A stretch of DNA of 64,000 bases from Centroscyllium fabricii (taxonomy: Eukaryota): the NCBI GenBank assembly GCA_051313645.2, contig JBNRSN020000017.1, positions 15,376,001-15,440,000 on the forward strand. The letters run 5' to 3'. Of this stretch, positions 11,532 through 25,262 are shown piece by piece. The notes beneath the pieces are model-generated. The model ran no database searches, had not been told where the DNA came from, and saw only the letters and a list, made by a program, of their open reading frames with translations. The position numbers were made by a program, and so were the translations under genes. How positions within the stretch are numbered: the stretch's first letter is position 1; every line of letters begins with the position of its first letter.

Positions 11532-14030
11532 TACCTTACAGCCAATGTCCCAGACACCAGCATCACCATTCCTGGGTATGTCCTGTCCCACCAGCAGGAC
11601 AGACCCACCAGAGGTGGTGGCACTGTGGTATACAGTCGGGAGGGAGTAGCCCTGGGAGTCCTCAACATTGACTCAGGACCCCATGAGGTCTCATGGCATC
11701 AAGTCAAACATGGGCAAGGAAACCTCCTACTAATTACCACCTACCGCCCTCCCTCAGCTGATGAATCAGTACTCCTCCATGTTGAACATCAATTGGAAGA
11801 AGCACTGAGAGTAGCAAGGGCCCAAAATGTCCTCTGGGTGGGGGATTTCAATGTCCATCACCAAGAGTGGCTCGATGGCACCACAACTGACCGAGCTGGC
11901 CGAGTCCTAAAGGACATAGCTGCCAGACTGGGTCTGCGACAGGTGGTGAGGCAACCAACAAGAGGGAAAAACCTACTTGATCTCGTCCTCACCAATCTAC
12001 CTGTTGCTGATGCATCTGGAAGTGACCACCGCACAGTCCTTGTGGAGACGAAGTCCCGTCTTCATGTTGAGGCTACCCTCCGCCGTGTTGTGTGGCACTA
12101 CCACCGTGCTAAATGGGATAGATTTCGAACAGATCTGGCAACTCAAAACTGGGCATCCATGAGGCGCTGTGGGCCATCAGCAGCAGCAGAATTGTATTCA
12201 ACCACAATCTGTGACCTCATGGCCCGGCATATCCCTTACTCTACCATTACCATCAAGCTGGGTGATCAACCCTGGTTTAACGAAGAGTGCAGGAGAGCAT
12301 GCCAGGAACAGCACCAGGCATACCAAAAAATGAGGTGTCAACCTGGCGAGGCTACAACACAGGACTACTTGCATGCCAAACAACAGAAGCAACATGCGAT
12401 AGACAGAGCTAAGCGATCTCACAACCATCGGATCAAATCAAAGCTCTGCAGTCCTGCTACATCCAGTCGTGAGTGGTGAAACATAGAAACATAGAAGATA
12501 GGAGCAGGAGTAGGCCATTCGGCCCTTCGAACCTGCTCCGCCATTCAATGAGATCATGGCTGATCATCCAAACCCAGTACCCTGTCCCTGCCTTGTCCCC
12601 ATATCCCTCGATCCCTATCGAACCTGCACCAACACATAGCCCACCCTATCCCCGTAACCCCACACATTTAATCCCCCTAACACTAAGGGTCAATTTATCC
12701 TGGCCAATCAACCTAACCCGCACATCTTTGGACTGTGGGAGGAAACCGGAGCACCCGGAGGAAACCCACGCAGACACGGGGAGAATGTGCAAACTCCACA
12801 CAGATAGTACCCGAGGCTGGATTTGAACCCAGGTCTCGAGTGCTGTAAGGCAACAGTGCTAACCACTGTGCCACCATGCCGCCCAATTAAACAGTTAACA
12901 GGAGGAGGAGGCTCCAAAAATATCTCCATCCTCAATGATGGTGGAGCCCAGCACGTGAGTGCAAAAGACAAGGCTGAAGCATTTGCAACTATCTTCAGCC
13001 AGAAATGCCGAGTGGATGATCCATCTCGGCCTCCTCCTGAGGTCCCCAGCATCACAGATGCCAGTCTTCAGCCCATTCAATTCACTCCACGTGATGTCAA
13101 GAAACGGCTGAAGACACTGGATACTGCAAAGGCTATGGGCCCTGACAACATTCCGGCATTAGTACTGAAGACTTGTGCTCCAGAACTAGCTGCGCCCCTA
13201 GCCAAGCTGTTCCAGTACAGGTACAACACTGGCATCTACCCAGCAATGTGGAAAATTGCCCAAGTATGTCCTGTCTACATAAGTGCCAGGCAATGACTCT
13301 CTCCAACAAGCGAGAGTCTAACCACCACCCTTTGATTTTCAACAGCTTTACCATCACCGAATCCCCCACCATCAACATCCTGGGGGTCACCATTGACCAG
13401 AGACTTAACTGGACCAGCCACATAAATACTGTGGCTACAAGAGCAGGCCAGAGGCTGGGTATTCTGCGGCGAGTGTCTCACCTCCTGACTCCCCAAAGCC
13501 TTTCCACCACCTACAAGGCACAAGTAAGGAGTGTGATGGAATACTCTCCACTTGCCTGGATGAGTGCAGCTCCAACAACACTCAAGAAGCTCAACATCAT
13601 CCAGGATAAAGCAGCCCACTTGATTGGCACCCCATCCACCACCTTCACCATTCACTCCCTCCACCACCGGCGTACTGTGGTTGCAGTGTGTACCATCTAC
13701 AAGATGCACTGCAGCAACTCACCAAGGCTTCTTCGGCAGCACCTCCCACACCCGCGACCTCTACCACCTAGAAGGACAAGGGAAGCAGGCGCATGGGAAC
13801 CCCTCCAAGTTACACAACATCCTAACATGGAAATATATCGCTGATCCTTCATCGTCGCTGGGTCAAAATCCTGGAACTCCCTCCTTAACAGCACTGTGGG
13901 AGCACCTTCACCACACGGACTGCAACAGTTCAAGAAGGCAGCTCACCACCACCTTCTCAAGGGCAATTAGGGGTGGGCAATAAATGCTGGCCTTGCCAGC
14001 GAAGCCCACATCCTGGAATTAATTTTTTAA
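11532..14030 (+). mobile_element. CR1-group LINE of a second family: APE endonuclease present, RT core deleted at ~13276
   Basis: APE motifs DRPTRGGG, YRPPS, GDFNVHH, LDLVLTN and SDH; KAMGPDNIP..WKIAQVCPV jumps to the C-terminus YKAQVRSVMEY; tail gggcaattagg..gggcaataaatgctggcc. Confidence 0.85.
12479..12882 (-). mobile_element. V-SINE (HE1-like) inserted in the LINE
   Basis: Reverse complement of 11134-11531; splits the LINE motif EWWWTIK. Confidence 0.9.
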
Positions 14031-14804
14031 AAGCGTGTATTTGTAAAGTGGTTTAGCATGATCTCTGTAGCTCAGTGAAAGCCAAACCACCTGTTGCAGT
14101 GCAGCTGTAGGCAGCACCCACAAGAGCTGCCAAACTCCGTGCGAAGCGGCTATGATACCCCAGATACACGGAAAGGGGAGATTTTCAACTCCTAGCTGCC
14201 CACGGATGTGGAAGGCTGCTGTTCATCCACTGGGGATATTTGAGATGGCCATGGTAGGTGACTTCGGACCTCTGGCCTGAGAGCGCCTGGCTGCAGATTG
14301 TAGCATCGCGGCTACGGCCAGAGTAGTGTGGTCCTGCTGCTTTCTAGCACCAACACGGGCACTGGTTGAGGGGACTGGCAGGGGAACAGAATATGCTGTC
14401 ATCCTGAGAGAGGATGGAATGTGCCTCTCCCATGGCGACACTGCCACTTACATGGAGCTGCGCCTCAGCACTCCCACTGCTCTAAGCAAGAGCAGAGTGT
14501 AGGGGTGATGTAACGGTTTGGAAGCCCCCAACCATTCTTTCTTTCACGCTTAGCGAGCTGAAAGACAGAGCGGAGCCCAGAATCTGAACTACAGTAGTCT
14601 GAGCTTCCATCAAAGCTGTCAGAGCTGCCACCACAGGCTGCGTAACGGAGAGGAGGCCCCCTGCTGTGGATATAGAGGTGACCCCATGCTCTGTGATTGA
14701 CTGCATTCATTCAATGCTATGCACGTTGACCCCACATAAGTAAAAGGTGGACAGCTCCACACTGTCCAACATTGTGTGCAGGCTTTCTGGCAGGCAGTCC
14801 AATT

Positions 14805-17800
14805 ACATAAGAACATAAGAAATAGGAGCAGGAGTAGGCCAATCAGCCCTTTGAGCCTGCTCCGCCATTCAATAAGATCATGGCTGATCTGATCCTAACA
14901 ACCAACCTACTATCACAGAAGCATCTCCTGCATCTAAAAGAATTCGACACAGGAAATAGGCGCAGGATCAGGGCCACTCCACTACCCACAGGGCCATGAC
15001 CGATCTGAACCTAGACTCATGTCCAAGTTCCTGCCCGCTCCCCGTAACCTTTAATCCCTTTTACTACTAGGAAACTGTCTATTTCTGTTTTAAATTTATG
15101 TAATGAAGTAGCTTCTACAGCTTTTTGGGACAGCATGTTCCATGGACCTACTACCCTCTGAGTGAAGTAGTTTCTCCTCATCTCAGTTTTGAAAGAGCAG
15201 CCCCTTATTCTAAGATTATGCCCCCTAGTTCTAGTTTCACCCATCATTGGGAACATCTTCCCCGCATCCACCCGATCCAACCCCTTCACAATCTTATATG
15301 TTTCAATAAGATCTCCCCTCATTCTTCTGAACTCCAATGAGTAGAGTCCCAATCTACTCAACCTCTCCTCATATGTCCAACCCCTCATCCCTGGGATTAA
15401 CCGAGTGAACCGTCTTTGTACTGACTCGAGAGCGAGTATGTCCTTTCTTAAGTATGGACACCAAAACTGTATGCAGTATTCCAGGTGCGGTCCCACCAAT
15501 ACCTTGTACAACTGAAGCAATACCTCCCTATTTTTATATTCTATCCCCCTAGCAATGAAAGCCAACATTCCATTGGCCTTCTTAATTACTTGCTGCACCT
15601 GCATACTAACCTTTTGAGTTTCGTGCACCAGGACCCCCAGATCCCTTTGCACTGCAGTACTTTCCAGTTTCTTGCCATTAAGATAATAATCCGCTCTACG
15701 ATTTTTCCTGCCAAAATGCATAACCTCACATTTTCCCGTATTGTACTCCATCTGCCAAATCTCTGCCCACTGACTTAGCCTGTCTATGTCCCCCTGCAGG
15801 CTCTTTATGTCCTCCTCATTCACCACTTTCCCTCCCATCTTAGTATCATCTGCAAACTTTGATATGTTACACTCGGTCCCCTCCTCCAAATCATTAATAT
15901 AAATTGTAAAGAGTTGGGACCCAGCACTGACCCCTGCGGAACGCCACTAGTTACCGATTGCCAGTCTGAGAATTACCCATTTATCCCAACTCTCTGCCTT
16001 CTGTTAGATAGCCAATCCTCTATCCATGCCAGAATATTACCCCCAATTCTGTGATTTTTTATTTTATGCAGTAATCTTTTGTGCGGCACCTTGTCAAATG
16101 CCTTTTGAAAGTCTAGATATACTACGTCCACTGGTTCCCCTTTATCCACCCGATATGTTACTTCCTCAAAGAACTCCAACAAATTTGTCAAACAAGACTT
16201 CCCCTTCGTAAAACCATGCTGACTTTGTCCTATTAAATTAAGTTTATCCAAATGTCCTGTTACTGTCTCCTTAATAATGGACTCCAAAATTTTACCCACG
16301 ACAGATGTTAGGCTAACTGGTCTATAGTTTCCAGCCTTCTGTCTACTGCCTTTTTTAAATAAGGGTGTTACATTTGCAGTTTTCCAGTCTGCCGGGACTT
16401 TTGTTGAGTCCAGGGAGTTTTGGAAAATTATTACCAATGCATCCACAATGCCTACCGCCACTTCCCTCAAGACCCTAGGATGTAAGTCATCAGGTCCAAG
16501 TGATTTATCCACCTTGAGCCCCATTAATTTACCGAGTACCACTTCCTTAGTGATTTTGATCATGTTTAGCTCCTCCCCCCCCCCCCCCCTATAGACCTCC
16601 GTTTGTCCAGTGTTGGGATATTTAAAAGGTCCTCTACTGTAAAGACTGATACAAAATATTCATTCAGTGTTTTTGCCATCTCCATATTTCCCACCATTAA
16701 TTTCCCAGTCTCATCCTCTAGGGGACCAACATTTACTTTTGCCACCCTTTTTCTTTTTATATAACTATAGAAACTCTTACTGTCTGTTTTTATATTTTTT
16801 GCCAATTTACTTTCATAATCTATCTTCCCTTTCTTAATCAATCTTTTTGTTGCTTTTTGCTGTCTTTTAAAGTTTTCCCAATCCTCTATCCTCCCAATAG
16901 ATTTGGCTACCTTATATGCCCTTGTTTTTTGTCGGATACTATCCTTAATTTCTTTGCTTAGCCACGGATGGCTGTCTTTTCTTTTACACCCTTTTCTTCT
17001 CATTGGAATATATTTTTCTTGGAAGTTGTAAAGTAACTCCTTAAATGTACACCACTGATCATGTACTGTCTTACCCTTTAATCTGTTTTCCCAATCCACT
17101 CTAATCAATTCCTCTCTCATACCTTCATAGTCTCCTTTATTCAAGCTTAGCACGCTTGTTTGAGTTCCAACCTTCTCATCCTCTAATTGAATATGGAATT
17201 CAACCATGTTATGGTCACTCATTCCAAGGGGATCCTTTACTAGGACATTTTTAATTAATCCTGTCTCGTTACACAGGACCAGATTTAAGGTTGCTTGCCC
17301 CCTGGTCGGTTCTGCTACGTACTGCTCAAGAAACCCATCCCTAATGCACTCAATGAATTCCTCCTCAAGGCAGCCCTACCCAATTTGATTTGTCCAATTT
17401 ATATGATAATTAAAATCCCCCATGATTATAGATGTTCCCTTATTACAAGCCTCGACTATTTCTTGATTGATACTCCGTCCAACAGAGTTGGAACTGTTCG
17501 GAGGCCTATAGACTACACCCACTAGTGTTTTTTCCCCTTATTATTCCTTATCTCCACCCAAACTGTTTCATTATCCTGATCTTTTGACCCAATATCATTT
17601 CTCTGTATTGCAGAGATTCCTTCCTTTATTAACATAGCCACCCCACCTCCCCTTCCTTCCTGCCTGCCCTTCCTGATTGTTAAATAACCTGGTATGTTTA
17701 ATTCCCAGGCATTGTCTGCCTGCAGCCATGTTTCTGTAATGGCACAAGATCATACCCATATGTAGTTATTTGTGCCATTAACTCGTCTATTTTGTTACGA

Positions 17801-17995
17801 ATACTACGTGCATTCAGATAGAGAACTTTCAAATATGTTTTGTGACACTTTGTTCCTGCTTTTTGCTTTTTTATTACTTTACCTTTTACTCCATACCTTC
17901 TGTCCCTCCCTGACACGCTGTGGTTTTTATCTTCCCCACTGTTACCCAAGTCTATGGCCTTCTCTGTTATTTTTACTATTTGCTCTCTAAAAACC
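14805..17995 (-). mobile_element. CR1 LINE, near-complete ORF2 with frameshifts
   Basis: LYLNARSIRNK (APE), SDHNMVEF, NYRPVSLTS, YLDFQKAFDKVPH, KFADDTK and RTRGH in consecutive minus-strand ORFs; tail ttcttatgttcttatg. Confidence 0.92.
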
Positions 17996-18002
17996 TCCCC
18001 CC

Positions 18003-18647
18003 CACATCCAGTCATGAGTGGTGGTGGACTATTAAACAGTTAACAGGAGGAGGAGGCTCCAAAAATATCCTCATCCTCAACGATGGTGGAGCCCAGCACG
18101 TGAGTGCAAAAGACAAGGCTGAAGCATTTGCAACTATCTTCAGCCAGAAATGCCGAGTGGATGATCCATCTCGGCCTCCTCCTGAGGTCCCCAGCATCAC
18201 AGATGCCAGTCTTCAGCCCATTCAATTCACTCCACGTGATGTCAAGAAACGGCTGAAGATACTGGACACTGCAAAGGCGATGGGCCCTGACAACATTCCG
18301 GCAATAGTACTGAAGACTTGTGCTCCAGAACTAGCTGCGCCCCTAGCCAAGCTGTTCCAGTACAGCTACAACACTGGCATCTACCCAGCAATGTGGAAAA
18401 TTGCCCAAGTATGTCCTGTCTACAAAAAGCAGGACAAATCCGACCCGGCCAATTACCGTCCCATCAGTCTACTCTCAATCATCAGCAAAGTGATGGAAGG
18501 TGTCGTCGACAGTGCTATCAAGCGGCACTTACTCAGCAATAACCTGCTAACTGACGCCCAGTTTGGGTTCCGCCAGGGCCACTCAGCTCCTGACCTCATC
18601 ACAGCCTTGGTCCAAACATGGACAAAAGAGCTGAACTCAAGAGGTGA
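18003..18647 (+). mobile_element. Second fragment of the 11532-14030 LINE family (RT N-terminal part)
   Basis: Near-identical to 12460-13276 without the SINE; continues NYRPISLLS..QFGFRQGHS. Confidence 0.85.
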
Positions 18648-19253
18648 GGATGACTCTACGTCAGGCGGGGTCACATGTAGCGTGACATAAACCCAATATC
18701 ACGGTTGAGGCCGTGCTCATGGGTGCGGAACTTGGCTATCAGCCTCTGCTACATGTGACCGCGCCTGACGTAGAGTCATCCAGACTCGAACCATCTTCGG
18801 CTTGCTCTGCGATTTTAAGTAAGAAAAATCCTGATTTTAAAAAAATCATGATGTGGGATTTAAAGCAGACTAACATTTGACCCTTGGTGACTGGAACCTT
18901 TGATATGTTGGAAAGTCTGTGACTGCTTTGATGTCCCTCAGCTGAGGTGTGATGTGAAACAACTGGAGAGACCACATTGTTATCTCTCTCTATATATGCT
19001 GTGCTTAAATGTAACACTTAAAATATGTTAATAAGCTTTTATGTGTCTGTCTCTACGGAGGTGAGATGGGGGGGATATCAGATTTCTCTCCTCATCGCAC
19101 ATGTGCATTCTTTAAGTCAGTCTCTTTTTCACCTGAGGAAGGAGCAGAAGCTCCGAAAGCTTGTGATTTAAAATAAAACCGTTGGACTATAATCTGGTGT
19201 TGTGTGACTTCTTGCATTTGTCCACCCCAGTCCAACACCGGCACCTCCACACA
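18648..19253 (+). mobile_element. Penelope-like element 3' end/pLTR with an inverted 5' segment and hammerhead motifs
   Basis: Minus strand 18750->18673 reads QRLIAKFRTHEHGLNRDIGFMSRYM* (PLE-type C-terminus); 34-bp inverted arms 18648-18681/18748-18781; 3' part matches the 31199-31620 element. Confidence 0.75.
19128..19167 (+). ncRNA. Minimal type I hammerhead ribozyme motif
   Basis: tcac-CTGAGGA-a-ggagc-agaa-gctcc-GAAA-gc-tt-gtga: both catalytic boxes, stem II, palindromic aagctt in place of stem III, stem I tcac/gtga. Confidence 0.75.
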
Positions 19254-19254
19254 A

Positions 19255-19830
19255 TGACATCATGGCTGATCTGTGACCTAACTCCCGCCTTTGCCCCATA
19301 TCCCTTAACACTCCTGGTTAACAAAAATCTATCAATGTCGGATTTAAAATTAACAATTGATCTACCATCAATTGCTGTTTGCGGAAGAGAGTTCCAAGGC
19401 CTTTCTGATTATTTTCTGTACATGTACATGATATGTTCCAATGCTATGGAAAAGAAATATTTTTAATTCTGCAGTTTACAAAGATCAGCCCATTTACCTT
19501 GTCATGGAAGCACAGGGAATTGTAGAATGGCTGCAGCACAGGAGGCCATTCGACCCATTGAGCCAATGCCAGCTCTCCGCAAGAGCACCTCAGCTAGTCC
19601 CACTCCCCCACCCTTTCCCTGTAGCCCAGCGATTTTTTTTCCTTCAGGTACTTATCCGATTTCCTTTTGAAAGCCATGACTGAGTCTGCCTCCACCACCT
19701 TTTCGGGCAGTGCATTCCAGATCCTAACCACTCGCTGTGTAAAAATGTTTTTCCTCATGTCGCCTTTGGTTCTTCTGCCAATCACCTTAAATCTGTGTCC
19801 TCTGGTTCTCGACCCTTCCGCCAATGGGAA
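19255..19830 (-). mobile_element. Two short CR1 3' fragments (~19255-19400, ~19520-19830)
   Basis: RTRGHRFK..FTQRVVRIWNALP; the first piece resembles the reverse of 1-229. Confidence 0.75.
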
Positions 19831-21450
19831 CAGGACCGGGACCGATGTACTAGGCGGAGTGTTTGCTCATACCGTGGGGGAGGGTCTAAACTAAAATGGC
19901 AGGGGGTTGGGAACCTGTGCAGGGAGACCGAGGAAAGGGAAACAAGGATAGAAACAAAAGACAGGAAGGAGAAAAGCAAAAGTGGATGGCAGAGAAATCA
20001 AGGGTTTATATCAAATATTGCCATAGTACATAATTCTAAACGGTCTAAGAGTGTTAAAAAAAACAAGCCTGAAGGCTTTGTGTCTTAATGCGAGAAGCAT
20101 TCGTAATAAGGTGGATGAATTAGCTGCGCAAATAGAGGTAAACGGATATGATATGATTGGGATTACGGAAACATGGCTCCAGGGTGACCAAGGCTGGGAA
20201 CTCAACATCCAAGGGTATTCAATATTCAGGAAAGATAGGCAAAAAAGAAAAGGAGGTGGGGTAGCATTGCTGGTTAAAGAGGGGATTAATACTAATTGTA
20301 AGGAAGGATATTAGCTCTGATGATGTGGAATCTGTATGGGTAGAACTGAGAAATACCATGGGGAAGAAAACATTAATGGGAGTGGTAAACAGACCCCCAA
20401 ACATTAATGCGGAGTTTGGGGATGGCATTAAACGGGAAATTAGAGACGCGTGCAATAAGGGCACAGCAGTTATCATGGATGACTTTAACCTACATATAGA
20501 TTGGGCTAACCAAATTAGCAACAATACTGTGGAGGAGGAATTCCTGGAGTGTATACGGGATGGTTTCCTGGACCAATATGTTGAGGAACCAACTCGAGAT
20601 CAGGCCATCTTAGACTGGGTAATATGTAATAAGAAAGGATTGAGGGTGGCACGGTGGCATAGTGGTTAGCACTGTTGCCTTACAGCACTAGAGACCCGGG
20701 TTCAAATCCAGCCTCGGGTACTATCTGTGTGGAGTTTGCACATTCTCCCCGTGTCTGCGTGGGTTTCCTCCAGGTGCTCCGGTTTCCTCCCGCAGTCCAA
20801 AGATGTGCGGGTTAGGTTGATTGGCCATGACAAATTGACCCTTAGTATTAGGGGGATTGAATGTGTGGGGTTACGGGGATAAGGTGGGATATGTGTTGGT
20901 GCAGGCTCGATAGGGATCGAGGGATATGGGGACAAGGCAGGGACGGGGTACTGGGTTTGGATGATCAGCCATGATCTCATTGAATGGCGGAGCAGGCTCG
21001 AAGGGCTGAATGGCCTACTCCTGCTCCAATCTTCTATGTTTCTATGTATGATATGTCCTCAAAGAACTCAAGCAAATTTGTCAAACAATGCTGAATTTGT
21101 CCTTGCTCCTATCTTCTATGTTTCTATGATTAATTAGCAATCTTGTTGTGCGAGGCCCCTTGGGTCAGAGCGACCATAATATGATTGAATTCTTCATTAA
21201 GATGGAGAGTGAAGTAGTTGCCTCAGAGACTAAAGTCCTGAATTTAAATAAAGGAAACTACAATGTAATGAGGCACAAGTTGGATTGATTGGGGAATGTT
21301 ACTCAAAGTGTTGACAGTGGATAGGCAATGGCAAACATTCAAAGATCACATGGATGAACTACAGAATTTGTTCATCCCTGTTTGGCATAAAAATAAAACA
21401 AAAAGGGTGACTCAACCGTGGCTAACAAGGGAAATTAGAGATAGCATAAT
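19831..21450 (+). mobile_element. CR1 LINE 5' part of ORF2 (APE domain), interrupted by a SINE
   Basis: LCLNARSIRNK, GITETWL, GGGVALLVK, DFN and EEPTR..LDWV motifs. Confidence 0.85.
20645..21046 (+). mobile_element. V-SINE (HE1-like)
   Basis: A box tggcatagtgg, B box gttcaaatcc, V domain, CR1-type tail. Confidence 0.9.
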
Positions 21451-21459
21451 ATTGGTTCT

Positions 21460-22493
21460 ACATAGAAGATAGGAGCAGGAGTAGGCCATTCGGCCCCTCA
21501 AGCCTGCTCCGCCATTCGATGAGATCATGGCTGATCATCCAAATTCAGTACCCTGCACCTGCCTTCTCCCCATATCCCTTGATACCTTTAGCTGTTACAA
21601 CTATATCTAACTCCTTCTTGAATATATTTAATGACTTGGCCTCAACTACATTCTGTGGTAGATTATTCCACAGGCTCACCACTCTCTGGGTGAAGAAATT
21701 CTTCCTCATATTGGTCCTAAATGGTTTACCCCTTATCCTTAGACTGTGGCCCCTGGTTCTGGACTCCCCCGCCATTGGAAACATTCTTTCTGAATTTAAC
21801 CTGTCCAGGCCTGTCAGAATTTTATATGTTTAGATGAGATCCCCTCTCAATCTTCTAAACTCCAGCGAGTACAAGCCCAATCTACACAATCTCTCCTCGT
21901 AGGTCATTCCTGCCATTCCAGGTATCATCCTGGTGAATCGCCGCTGCACTCCTTCCATGGCAAGAACATCCTTCCTCAGATGAGGCGACCAAAACTGTAC
22001 ACAATACTCAAGGTGTGGTCTCACCAGTGCCTTGTACAACTGTTGTAAGGTATCCTTATTCCTGTACTCAAACCCTCTTGATATGAAGGCCAACATACCA
22101 TTTGCCTTCTTAACCGCCTGTTGCACCTGCATGCTCGCCCTCAGTGACTGGTGCACAAGAACACCCAGGTCTCTCTCCACTTCCCCATCTCCCAATCTAT
22201 TGCCATTTAAATAATAATCTGCCCTCCTGTTTTTGCCCCCAAAGTGGATAACCTCACATTTATCCCCATTATAGTGCATTTGCCATGTATCCGCCCATTC
22301 CCCCAACTTGTCCAAATCGCACTGGAGCTTCCTGACATCCTCTTCAGAGCCCACCCCCCCTCCTAGTTTAGTGTCATCTGCAAATTTGGAGATGTTGCAT
22401 CCAATTCCCTGGTCCAGATCATCAATATATATTGTGAACAGCTGGGGTCCCAGGACAGATCCCTGCGGCACCCCACTAGTCACCGCCTGCCAC
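21460..22493 (-). mobile_element. 5'-truncated CR1 (same family as 9430-10303)
   Basis: SGVPQGSVLGP, KFADDTK, RPHLEY; one frameshift near 21830. Confidence 0.92.
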
Positions 22494-23998
22494 TCTTCCC
22501 ATCCTCGACTTCACATGGTCCATCTCCGACTCTTCCCTTCCTCGACTTCACATGGTCCATCTCCGACTCTTCCCTTCCTCGACTTCTCTGTCTTCATTTC
22601 TGGGAATTGGCTATCGACCAATATCCACTGTCGACCAATATCCACTATAAGCCCACTGACTTCTACAGCTACCTTGACTGCATTTCCTCCTACCCTGCTT
22701 CCTGTAAGGACACTATTCCATTGTCCTGGAATGTAGGCCTGCAAATCCAACCAGGTGAAGGAGGGTGATTGGATTTGTTCTCACATTGAACAATTTCTCC
22801 TATGACTCCACTCACTGCCTCCAAATAAAAGGTGGTGCTATGGAATCCCGTATGGGTCTTAGTTATGCCTGCCTTTTCATGGGATTATGTGGAACATTTT
22901 TTGCTCTAATCCTACTCAGATCCCCCCCCCCCCCACCTCTTTTTCTGGTACAATGACTGTATCGGAGCCGTTTCCCGCTCTCACCCCGAACTGGCAAATT
23001 TAATCAACTTTGCTTCCAACTTCCACCCATCCTCACCTTCACATGGTCCATCTCCGACTCGTCCCATCCTCGCCTTCACATGGTCCATCTCCGATACTTC
23101 CCTTCCTCGACTTCACATGGTCCATCTCCGACTCTTCCCTTCCTCGACTTCTCTGTCTTCATTTCTGGGAATTGGCTATCGACCAATATTCACTGTCAAC
23201 CAATATCCACTATAAGCCCACTGACTTCTACAGCTACCTTGACTGCACTTCCTCCTACCCTGCTTCCTGTAAGGACACTATTCCATTGTCCCAGTTCTGT
23301 TCTGAAGATGCCACCTTGTATACCAGTGCTTCCGATAAACCTTCCTTTTTCCTCAACCATGGAGTCCCCTTGACCGTGGTTGACAGGGTCCTCAACCGTG
23401 TCTGTTCCATTTCCCGCACTTCTGCTCTCACCTCTAACCCGCCCTCGCAGAACCACGATAGGGTTTCCCTTGTCATTACCTTCCACCCCACCAGCCGCCA
23501 CATTTAGTGGATCATCCTCCGCCATTTCCGCCACCTCCAGTGTGATGCCACCACCAAACACATTTTCCCCATCCCTTTCAGTATTCCGCAGGGACCGCTC
23601 CCTCCAGAACACCCTGGTCCACTCCTCAATCACCCCCTCCGCTTCCCAGAACACCTTCCTTGCAAATGCAGGAGATGCAACACTCCTCCATCCTCCCTTC
23701 CCACCATCAAGGGTCCCAAACACTTTTCCAGGTGAAACAGCAATTTACTTGTACTTCTCTCAATTTCGTATACAGTATTCGCTGCGTACGATGTGGTCTC
23801 CTCTACATTGGGGAGCCCAAACGCAGATTGGTGACCGCTTTGAGGGACACCTCCATTCAGTTCGCAAACAAGACCCTGAACTTCTGGTTGCCTGTCATTT
23901 CAGTTCTCTGCCCCACTCTCACTATGACCTCTCTGTCCTCGGCCTCCTACACTTTTCCAATGAAGCTCAATGGAAGCTCGAGGAACAGCACCTCATCA
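22494..23998 (+). mobile_element. Degenerate Penelope-like element (Neptune-type) RT and GIY-YIG, with internal duplication
   Basis: FTWSISDSSLPFLD, IHYKPTD..YLD and VYSIRCVRCGLLYIGEPKR; Cys-rich linker near 23655-23690; 22494-22725 duplicates ~23025-23290, including 31-bp tandem units. Confidence 0.85.
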
Positions 23999-23999
23999 C

Positions 24000-25230
24000 C
24001 ACTGGCTGCGTAAAATAGGTTTTTCCTCATGACCCCCTTGTATCTCTTGCCCAAACCCTTAAATCTGTGTCCCCTAGTCCTTGTGCCATCAACTAGTGGG
24101 AACAGCCTTTCCCCATCTAGCCTATCCAAACCCTTCATAATTATGTACACCTCTATCAAATCACCCCTCAACCTCCTTTGCTCTAATGAAAACAAATCCA
24201 TCTTCTCCAACCTGTCCTTGTAGCTAAGATCCCCCATCCCCGGAACCATTCTGGTAAATCTCCTCTGCACCTCTCAAGGGCCTTCACATCGTTCCTAAAG
24301 TGTGGTGACCAGAACTGGACGCAATACTCCAGTTGTGGCCTAACCAGCGCTTTATAAAGATTCGGCATAATTTCTCTACTTTTGTACTCAATACCTCTAT
24401 TTATGAAGCCCAAGATCCCATATGCTTTGTTAACCACTCTCTCAATATGTCCTGCCAGCTTCAGGGGCCTATACACATTAACTCCCAGGCCCCTCTGTCC
24501 CTGCACACTCTTTAAAACTGTGCCATTACGTGTATATTGCCTCTCCCTGTTCCTTCTGCCAAAATGCATCACCTCACACTTCTCTGTATTAAATTCCATC
24601 TGATACTTGTCTGCCCATTCTGCTAGTCTTTCTATATCCTGTTGCAATCGATTGGTATCATCCTCACTGTTTGCCACACCCATAAGTTTGGTGCCATCGG
24701 CAAATTTAGAAAATCTACTTTGTATTCCAATATCCAGGTCATTTATATCAAAAAAGCAGCAGCCCTAACACTGACCCTTAGGCAGCGCCACTGTCTACCA
24801 TCCTTCAGTCTGAAAAACAGCCATTTACCACAACTCGCTGTTTTCTGTCCTTGAGCCAATTCTTATCCAAGCTGCCACTGACCCACCTATTCCACGAGCC
24901 TCAATTTTGTTAACCAGCCTTCTATCTGGTACTTTGTCAAACGCCTTCCTAAAATCCTTGTAGACAACATCATTGCATTCCCTTCATTGCTCCTCCCCTC
25001 CCTGTTACTTCATCAAAAAATTTAATTAGATTAGTCAAACATGATCTGCCTTTTACAAATCCGTGTTGGCTCTCCTTAATTAGCTTAAACCTCTCCAAGT
25101 GCCCATTAATTGTTTCCTTGATTATTGTTTCTCAATGTTTACCCACCACGGATGTTAAACTGACCAGCCTGTAGTTACCAGGATTGTCTTTACACCCTTT
25201 CTTGAACAATGGTGTCACATTTGCCACTTT
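24000..25230 (-). mobile_element. Degenerate CR1 RT fragment
   Basis: QMEFNTEKCEVMHFG, RPQLEYCVQFWSP, RTRGH. Confidence 0.85.
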
Positions 25231-25232
25231 AT

Positions 25233-25262
25233 CACACACACACACATATACACACACACACT
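25233..25262. repeat. (CA)n microsatellite
   Basis: cacacacacacacatatacacacacaca. Confidence 0.9.

Noticed and set aside
14040-14800. Possible decayed Harbinger Myb-gene 3' exon on the minus strand
   Set aside because: Only compositional similarity; no diagnostic motif or termini
18648-18781. Small MITE with 34-bp TIRs
   Set aside because: The interior is the Penelope ORF end and the right arm continues into the pLTR; no TSD
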